Shown: positions 58,179 through 64,000 of the stretch, one piece after another
How the letters are laid out: each line of letters opens with the position of its first letter
Numbering within the stretch: the first letter of the stretch is position 1
Assembly: GCA_039000425.1 (NCBI GenBank)
Contig: JAWBPV010000005.1
Location: 5,652 to 69,651, forward strand
DNA from: Candidatus Aenigmatarchaeota archaeon
GTDB taxonomy: Archaea; Aenigmatarchaeota; Aenigmatarchaeia; CG10238-14; SCSR01
DNA: 64,000 bases
Direction: 5' to 3'
Notes under the pieces: model-generated
The model's database searches: none
Told to the model about the DNA's origin: nothing
What the model saw: the letters and a program-made list of their open reading frames with translations, nothing else
Program-made: the position numbers and the translations under genes

Positions 58179-58802
58179 ATGAAAGGTATTTTCATAGCAT
58201 TCGAAGGTATAACAGGTTCTGGGAAAAAAACTCACATAAAACTCATAACGCAAGAGCTCTTGATGAGGAAAATCCCTTTCACAACTTTAAGCTTTCCAGA
58301 TTTTGAAAACGATATAGCAAGACTTACAAAAAGACTTCAACTAGATGCTTTCACTTTATCTTTACTATACGCTGCGGACAGAAGTTATTCTCAAGAAAGG
58401 ATAAAGAATTTACTCGAGGCTGGAAATGTTGTGATAACTGATAGGTATTGTTACAGTAATTTCGCTTATCAAGCAGCTAGGGGTTTACCTTTGGAATGGT
58501 TAATGGAAGTTGAAAAATTCTTCATAAAACCAGACATCGTTTTCTTGATAGATGTACCTGTTGAAGTTACGATGAGTAGGATCAAACAGTTGAGCTTAGA
58601 AGATTTCACGAAAAGGGAGATACTGGAAAGAATAGAGAAAGAGAGGGAAATTCTGGAGAAAACTAGGGAAATTTTCCTCAGACTTGCGAAGGAGAATAAA
58701 GAAGCGAAATGGTTCGTAATCGATGCCACAAAAAGTATAGAAGAAGTTCATCAAGAAATTTGGTCCATTCTTGAGCCTGAATTGGAAAAAATTAAAAGCT
58801 AA
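58179..58802 (+). CDS. tmk: thymidylate kinase
   Basis: 207 aa. FEGITGSGKKT P-loop. DRYCYSNFAYQ. Confidence 0.85.
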   Translation: MKGIFIAFEGITGSGKKTHIKLITQELLMRKIPFTTLSFPDFENDIARLTKRLQLDAFTLSLLYAADRSYSQERIKNLLEAGNVVITDRYCYSNFAYQAARGLPLEWLMEVEKFFIKPDIVFLIDVPVEVTMSRIKQLSLEDFTKREILERIEKEREILEKTREIFLRLAKENKEAKWFVIDATKSIEEVHQEIWSILEPELEKIKS

Positions 58803-58837
58803 AAATTTTTAACTTAATTTTCAAATATTTTTTATAC

Positions 58838-58944
58838 GCCCCGTTCGTCTAGTCCGGTCAAGGACGCGGCCCTTTCGATAAATCTCGAAAGGTTTGATGA
58901 AAAGATGATAGGCTGCAACCTGGGTTCAAATCCCAGACGGGGCA
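58838..58944 (+). tRNA. tRNA-Glu (anticodon TTC) with ~32-nt intron
   Basis: Acceptor GCCCCGT/ACGGGGC. D-loop TAGTCCGGTCAAG (Glu-like). Anticodon stem CGGCC/GGCTG encloses 39 nt starting CTTTCG. The intron 3' part TCGAAAGG pairs with exon CCTTTCGA. T-arm CTGGG-TTCAAAT-CCCAG. Confidence 0.7.
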
Positions 58945-58966
58945 TGCTTATTTCTTCAATTCCCAT

Positions 58967-60208
58967 TTGGCTTTTATAAGCAATCAAAACAAGGCTAAAA
59001 TCATGCCTGAACTTTATGGTTATGAGAAAGGAATAGAAAGGGGATTGTTGGCAATTAAACAAATAGATGAAAGAACTTATGAAAAAGTGAAGGAGTTTGT
59101 GAGGAAGTTGGAAACTAACAATTATTCGAAAGGAAGGATTTACAAGTACATTTATTTCTTGAAAACTCTCAGAGAGTTGCTTGGAAAAGATTTTAGTGAA
59201 GCTAAAAAACAAGATGTTGAAGAATTGGTGATAAAGCTTAACAACAATAACTATTCTGAAGCTTCAAAATCGGATTTCAAGAAAATTTTGAAATTTTACA
59301 TGAGGTGGCTTAAGTTTGGAAAGCTTGATGGGAAATATCCTGAAGAAGTAGAATGGATTAAAACAACGATCAAGAAAAACAACGAGAAAGTTCCTGAGCA
59401 AATTTTAACTCAGAAAGAAGTTGAATTGATTGCAAATCAAGCAGAAAATTCGATGGAAAGAGCCTTTGTTTTGTGCTTGTATGAAACAGGTTGCAGGATC
59501 GGAGAATTTTTGAACATGAGAATTAAAGATATAAGCTTTGATCAGTATGGATGCTACATTTTGGTTTCGGGAAAAACAGGATGGAGAAGAGTAAGGGTTT
59601 TAGATTACAGCAAGGATTTGATAAGTTGGTTGGATTCTCATCCTTTCAAATCAAATCCTGAAAGCTTTGTTTGGGTAAACCCAAAGAATCAAAAGAGATT
59701 GCTTCCCGATGATGCTAATCACATGTTAAAAAATTTGGCCAAGAAAGCAGGAATAGCAAAAGCATGCAATCCCCATGCTTTCAGGCATGCAAGGGCTACT
59801 CATTTGGCTAAAATACTAACTGAACAGCAATTGAAAGTTTACTTTGGATGGGCTAAAGATTCAGGAATGGCTTCTGTTTATGTTCATTTATCAGGAGAAG
59901 ATGTTGATGAATCTTTGTTGAAAGCAAAGGGAATAAAAGTAGAGAAAGAAAGGGAAGAAGTTAAGCCTCTTGTGAGAATATGCCAAAAATGCAATGAACC
60001 GAATTCTTCTTTATCCCATTTCTGTAAAAAATGTGGTTCTCCTTTGGATTTGAAGATAGTTCTTGAGTTGGATGAGCAGAGGAAAAGGTTTGAAGAATTG
60101 CTAAGGGATTTCTTGGTTTATTATGCTGAAAAAGATAAGAATTTCAAGAAAGTTCTTGTTCAGTTTATCAAGGAAAGGAAAGCGGAAAATTTATTCTTTA
60201 GTGGTTAA
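58967..60208 (+). CDS. tyrosine recombinase / integrase with C-terminal zinc ribbon (paralogue 3)
   Basis: 413 aa. NPHAFRHARATH. YVHLSGEDVDE. CQKCNEPNSSLSHFCKKCG. The likely start is MPELYGYEKG. Confidence 0.85.
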   Translation: MAFISNQNKAKIMPELYGYEKGIERGLLAIKQIDERTYEKVKEFVRKLETNNYSKGRIYKYIYFLKTLRELLGKDFSEAKKQDVEELVIKLNNNNYSEASKSDFKKILKFYMRWLKFGKLDGKYPEEVEWIKTTIKKNNEKVPEQILTQKEVELIANQAENSMERAFVLCLYETGCRIGEFLNMRIKDISFDQYGCYILVSGKTGWRRVRVLDYSKDLISWLDSHPFKSNPESFVWVNPKNQKRLLPDDANHMLKNLAKKAGIAKACNPHAFRHARATHLAKILTEQQLKVYFGWAKDSGMASVYVHLSGEDVDESLLKAKGIKVEKEREEVKPLVRICQKCNEPNSSLSHFCKKCGSPLDLKIVLELDEQRKRFEELLRDFLVYYAEKDKNFKKVLVQFIKERKAENLFFSG

Positions 60209-60276
60209 TAAGAAATTACAGCTTAATATTAAAGTATGAGAACTTCCAAAGTTTAAGAATTGATTTAAAATTCTTA

Positions 60277-61503
60277 CTAACAAGTGAAAAACTCAATGTC
60301 CCCATTATATTTCGGTGTATATAATGTTTTATCAAGTGGTATGCCGAATAGTTCATTTCCCCAATCTTCTATACACTCATCAAAATAGGGAGATTCGCAA
60401 AAATACAGCATTATTTGGTGGCCCCGCATGAATTTGTGGGGCAAGTGAATTTTTTCAAATTTTGGATATGGGTTAGGTATTACTATTTCGTCCATTATCC
60501 TCCAATCCTCTATCGGAAAATTAATTTCGATGATTTTTTCAACATTTTGCTCTACTATTGTGTTTGGAAGACCATGTAAGATAATATTAGGTCCGAATTC
60601 ATCGGAAATGTTTTTCTGTTCCAAATATGAAAGATAATAAGTTTTTTCTGGACTCCCCTTAATTTTAAGAAGTATTTTATTTTCGGTGCAAGCAATTTTT
60701 TCTACTTGAGGAGGGTTGTAAAATCTACCTTCACTTATATGGATAAATGAAGGTGGTTTTTCAGGGTAAAATGTAAAATTAGAGGGCGGTGAAATATCAA
60801 ATGGTACTATTTTAGAAAAGAAAATAGCTTCCATAGAAAATATTTCCTCACCGTTAACTCTGGCTTTAAATAACAATGGAATGCCTACTTCCTTATCATA
60901 ACAAATGTCAATAGTTGAGTTATCAGGTAAATTAAATTCAATCAGGTAACAATCTCTATCAACAATTTTTACTGTTTTTTTTAATTCAAGCTTAATTTTT
61001 TCACCCATTGCTTCAAGCAGACGATTTAAGTAATCTACGACCTCTTTAACACTCCGAAAATTTAATCTGGAATAGTTTATGTCTATCGGAGATGTTATAA
61101 AGTAAGGATAACCTATGCAATTCTCTTCGTTTTTTTCACATTCAATTACTAAGATTGTATTATCACTTTCATTAAATAATTCATAAACAACAGAAATTTT
61201 CTCTCGACTTTCGTTTTCATATAAAATATATATTTCTGATTTGGTGAAAGGAAACCTGTGAATTAAATTGTCTTTTCCAACTCTCTTCCCACCTAAGTAA
61301 AGGTCATAGATTGCTTGAAATTCTTTTAAAGATTCAAATTTGTTTGTGCTTTCTTTGATTATTTCTATTGCTGAGACGGGTTTAGAAAACAATAAGGCCC
61401 ATATTAATAGAATACCAAAGGCTGTAACAAGGCCAAAAATAAAATAAAATTTTGGTCCTAACACTATTGTAACAGTTTTATAAGCGTATTTTCTTTTTCT
61501 CAT
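60277..61503 (-). CDS. membrane-anchored hypothetical protein (element cargo)
   Basis: 408 aa. N-terminal TM helix (FYFIFGLVTAFGILLIWALLF). Large extracytoplasmic-looking domain. No motif. Confidence 0.5.
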   Translation of the reverse strand: MRKRKYAYKTVTIVLGPKFYFIFGLVTAFGILLIWALLFSKPVSAIEIIKESTNKFESLKEFQAIYDLYLGGKRVGKDNLIHRFPFTKSEIYILYENESREKISVVYELFNESDNTILVIECEKNEENCIGYPYFITSPIDINYSRLNFRSVKEVVDYLNRLLEAMGEKIKLELKKTVKIVDRDCYLIEFNLPDNSTIDICYDKEVGIPLLFKARVNGEEIFSMEAIFFSKIVPFDISPPSNFTFYPEKPPSFIHISEGRFYNPPQVEKIACTENKILLKIKGSPEKTYYLSYLEQKNISDEFGPNIILHGLPNTIVEQNVEKIIEINFPIEDWRIMDEIVIPNPYPKFEKIHLPHKFMRGHQIMLYFCESPYFDECIEDWGNELFGIPLDKTLYTPKYNGDIEFFTC

Positions 61504-61588
61504 AACTCTTTTTATTATTTAGTATGCTTTATTATAAATTTAAAGGTTAGTGAGGTTGTCTGGACAGATCAACATTGTTACAATAAGA

Positions 61589-61759
61589 TTATTTTTCCAG
61601 CTTGACATCTTTTAGTAAATTCGCAGTAACTTTCAAAGCAAACCTTATCGCTTTTGTTCTTGTTTTAATTTTTAAAGCTTTTTCTATAATTTCAAAATTC
61701 TTCAAATCCTCTTCCTTTTCCCTGAAAGTTATCGTCATGCTATCACTATCATTTAGCAT
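61589..61759 (-). CDS. candidate ribbon-helix-helix (CopG-like) small regulator (56 aa), not in ORF track
   Basis: MLNDSDSMTITFREKEEDLKNFEIIEKALKIKTRTKAIRFALKVTANLLKDVKLEK. The beta-strand TITF plus two helices with T-R-T-x-x-I-R-x-A-L match the RHH pattern. It lies upstream of the 408-aa ORF on the same strand. The plus-strand track ORF 61602-61901 is its antisense. Confidence 0.45.
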   Translation of the reverse strand: MLNDSDSMTITFREKEEDLKNFEIIEKALKIKTRTKAIRFALKVTANLLKDVKLEK

Positions 61760-62008
61760 GAATTCGATAGCTTATAAATTCCAAATTTTCAGTTTGCTAT
61801 CAAAAAAAGCTTATTTCAACATCAGCGAAAAACCAACTTTTCAAGCTTTGAAATACATGCTTATTCTGAAATCTTTTTTATTCAATTTTCTATCAAATTG
61901 AAAACTGCTTTTCAAATGATCAAGATTGCATGAGAAAGGTGATATGAAAGAAGCGTATTACATATATCTGATTCCCTACATAGTTAAAAAACTTTCAGGC
62001 ATGATAAT

Positions 62009-62545
62009 TTGGGAGTGATATTCACAGCTCCAGACTTAAACTTCATAGATGCTCAAACTAGGAAGCTCTTCCATGCTTACATCGAGTGTTTGATGATAGA
62101 TTATGAAAAGCAACAAGTTATCGCTAAGTACATGGAAATTCAGAACAATCCCAGGTTTGGTAAGGAATACTTTAAGTACCCAAGAATAAGAGTTGGCAAT
62201 GAGATCATTGTTGTGAACAGGATTTTGATTAACAAGCCAAGCGAAAAGTTGATAGAGGATTATGAAGTTAAAAAGAGGGAATTCACCAGAAACTTGAAGA
62301 TTGAAGTTGAAAAAAGCTTGAAAAAAGAGAGGGAAGTGAAGGAAATGTACACTTTTTCGCTTGATGAAGTTGTTGAAGATGCTTTAAAGAACTTGAATTC
62401 TTTAATTTCAAGATACAAGGGAAGAACATTCATCGATCCTGATTTGATAAGGGCTAAGTACAATGTTGGCATACACAGAGCTAAAATGATCAAGAAAGTT
62501 TTGGAAAAGAGGGTAAACTTGAGTGAAATAAAGCAAAATACTTAA
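62009..62545 (+). CDS. hypothetical protein (element cargo; start uncertain, TTG at 62009 or ATG at 62093)
   Basis: 178-aa ORF. No motif. Confidence 0.4.
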   Translation: MGVIFTAPDLNFIDAQTRKLFHAYIECLMIDYEKQQVIAKYMEIQNNPRFGKEYFKYPRIRVGNEIIVVNRILINKPSEKLIEDYEVKKREFTRNLKIEVEKSLKKEREVKEMYTFSLDEVVEDALKNLNSLISRYKGRTFIDPDLIRAKYNVGIHRAKMIKKVLEKRVNLSEIKQNT

Positions 62546-62579
62546 TTTTTTAACTAAATTATCAGAGAAAAATCAAAAA

Positions 62580-62624
62580 TTCAACATTTGTTGAATTATA
62601 GATAAATTATTTCAACATGTTGAA
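62580..62624. promoter_or_regulatory. pair of palindromic sites TTCAACA(N0-2)TGTTGAA spaced ~30 bp apart
   Basis: ttcaacatttgttgaa (62580-62595) and the perfect 14-bp palindrome ttcaacatgttgaa (62611-62624), about 85 bp upstream of the repeat/attR junction. Confidence 0.4.
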
Positions 62625-62714
62625 TTTTCAGGTTTTGTGAAAAGATAACCTTTTTATTTCTTAAAAACAATAGTAAATTAGCCTGTGGGAATTGAAGAAA
62701 AGCATGTTCTCAGG

Positions 62715-63985
62715 CGGGGCATACTAACTCAAGTACAGTTCTCTCCGATATATACAACACTTTGCAAACATACAACAGAAAACTAGAAAACATTAAGAAC
62801 TGGAATACAACAGAAAGCAACAAGAAACTTGTTCTGAGTTTCTTAACAAAGAAAGAAGCAGAAGGTTTAAGTTTGGTTCAAAGGTTGAAGTACTTGATTT
62901 CGCTAAAACAGTTTGTTAGCACAACAAACAAAAACTTTGAAGATATGACAGAAAAAGACATGGAAAAGTTTCTACTGAGTTTGAATGGTTACAAACCAAG
63001 CACAAAACACACAAGGTATTACTGTGTTAAGAAGTTTCTTGAGTTTGTTGGTAAGAAGTTTGAATTGAAAGTGAGGTTTGACACGAAGAACAACAAACTA
63101 CCAGAAGAACTTTTGACTGAAGAAGAAGTATGGAAAATGGTTGAAAACTGTGAAAACCCTAGGGATAAAGCTTTTATTTCAGTACTGTATGAAAGTGGTT
63201 GCAGGATAGGTGAACTACTTCCTTTGAAAATAAGACAAGTGAGTTTCGACCAGTATGGTTGTGTGATAACAGTAAAAGGTAAGACAGGACAGAGAAGGAT
63301 AAGGTTGATAAAGTCAGTACCTTACTTCAGAAACTGGTTGGAAAATCACAAGTTAAGAAATGAACCAGAAAGTTATGTTTGGTTGAAGTTGCACAAAGAA
63401 GAAAACCAGCACATGAGTTATCAGTATGTGAGAAAACTGTTAAAAAAACTTGTTGAGAAAACTGGAATAAAGAAAAAAGTACACCCACACTTGTTCAGAC
63501 ATTCAAGGCTTACAGAGTTAGCTAAACACTTGACAGAACAAGAACTGAAAGTTTTTTCTGGTTGGTCCATGGGTAGTAAAATGGCTAGTGTTTACGTACA
63601 TTTGTCAGGTAAAGACATAGAAAACAAACTGTTGGAAATAAATGGTTTAAAAGTTGAGGAAAAACAGGAAACTAAGCTAAACAAGTGTTTCAGGTGCGGT
63701 TACATAAACACAGTAAATTCAAAATACTGTTCGAACTGTGGCATGGTTTTGGACATAAAGGAAAGCTTGAACTTGGAAGAAGACTTTGTTAAGTTTTTGC
63801 TTGAAATGTATGAGAAGTGGAAAAACAGAAAGTTTTAAAACAGTTTAAGAAACAAAAAAAAGACTTGGTTAGACAAAAGAACAAACAAATGAAGTTTGTG
63901 AGTTTAAGTTTACAATATAAACAACAGTTTTTTGCGAAAATTTTTCCTAGTTTCACAAATAGTAGTAAGTGTTCCATTTAAATGT
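62715..63985. repeat. inverted repeat copy B (contains integrase 4 and 3' flank)
   Basis: See copy A. Homology starts at cat|actaactcaagtaca (62720) and is still present ~150 bp past the stop codon. Confidence 0.8.
62762..63838 (+). CDS. tyrosine recombinase / integrase with C-terminal zinc ribbon (paralogue 4)
   Basis: 358 aa. ~95% identical to the minus-strand copy at 41302-42378. Confidence 0.9.
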   Translation: MQTYNRKLENIKNWNTTESNKKLVLSFLTKKEAEGLSLVQRLKYLISLKQFVSTTNKNFEDMTEKDMEKFLLSLNGYKPSTKHTRYYCVKKFLEFVGKKFELKVRFDTKNNKLPEELLTEEEVWKMVENCENPRDKAFISVLYESGCRIGELLPLKIRQVSFDQYGCVITVKGKTGQRRIRLIKSVPYFRNWLENHKLRNEPESYVWLKLHKEENQHMSYQYVRKLLKKLVEKTGIKKKVHPHLFRHSRLTELAKHLTEQELKVFSGWSMGSKMASVYVHLSGKDIENKLLEINGLKVEEKQETKLNKCFRCGYINTVNSKYCSNCGMVLDIKESLNLEEDFVKFLLEMYEKWKNRKF

Positions 63986-64000
63986 GGTTAGATTGAGTTA

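Larger units (their letters stand above)
58945..62722. mobile_element. putative ~3.8-kb integrated element at tRNA-Glu 3' end (integrase 3, RHH ORF, 408-aa membrane protein, 178-aa ORF, palindromic sites)
   Basis: Integrase starts 22 nt after the tRNA. A degenerate direct repeat of the tRNA 3' end (cccagacggggcat at 58932-58945 vs ctcaggcggggcat at 62709-62722, 12/14 matches) sits at the far side. Confidence 0.5.

Noticed and set aside
58035-58253. 72-aa minus-strand ORF
   Set aside because: It covers the plus-strand intron-containing tRNA and the tmk start. It is spurious.
61602-61901. 99-aa plus-strand ORF
   Set aside because: It is antisense to the RHH-like 56-aa ORF and is a low-complexity F/S/L-rich translation. 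The RHH reading is preferred.
62700-62722. Possible extra tRNA gene upstream of integrase 4
   Set aside because: Only the last ~14 nt resemble a tRNA 3' end. No T-arm, D-arm or acceptor 5' strand can be formed. It is interpreted as an att-site remnant instead.

Overview
This is an AT-rich (roughly one-third GC) archaeal chromosomal window. The gene content points to a small-genome euryarchaeal or DPANN-like lineage: r-proteins L10e/L14e/L34e/L37e/L19e/L32e/S8e, SecY, Cbf5, aRF1, SepF, NreA, an archaeal DUF106 YidC-like protein and intron-containing tRNAs. I cannot place the lineage more precisely from sequence alone.

Core content:
- trxB-trxA, an amino-acid dehydrogenase, GMP synthase subunit B and NAD(P)HX dehydratase.
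- PEP synthase interrupted by a 419-aa LAGLIDADG intein at the phosphohistidine loop.
- A partial ribosomal spc-like cluster (S8-L6-[ORF]-L32e-[DUF763]-L19e-L18-S5-L30-L15-SecY-DUF106-L34e) next to Cbf5-L14e.
- MetRS split from its tRNA-binding domain by a single in-frame TGA.
- ValRS, aRF1, tmk and TatD.
- Six tRNA genes, four of them with introns.

The accessory signal is concentrated at tRNA genes:
- Four paralogous tyrosine recombinases with C-terminal zinc ribbons lie in the window.
- Two of them are ~95% identical copies inside a >=1.27-kb inverted repeat. These copies bracket 20.3 kb of mostly housekeeping DNA.
- A ~3.8-kb integrated element sits at tRNA-Glu and is tandem to the second repeat copy.
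- A second element sits at an intron-containing tRNA-Lys.

Other notable items:
- A free-standing HTH+LAGLIDADG homing endonuclease beside a frameshifted nitroreductase.
- An aRF1 whose GGQ motif reads GGM.
- Two secreted proteins sharing a Thr-rich/LPQ(T)/TM/basic C-terminal tail, one of which carries a triplicated Cys-rich module.
- Several unlisted small ORFs (zinc ribbon, histone-fold-like, RHH).
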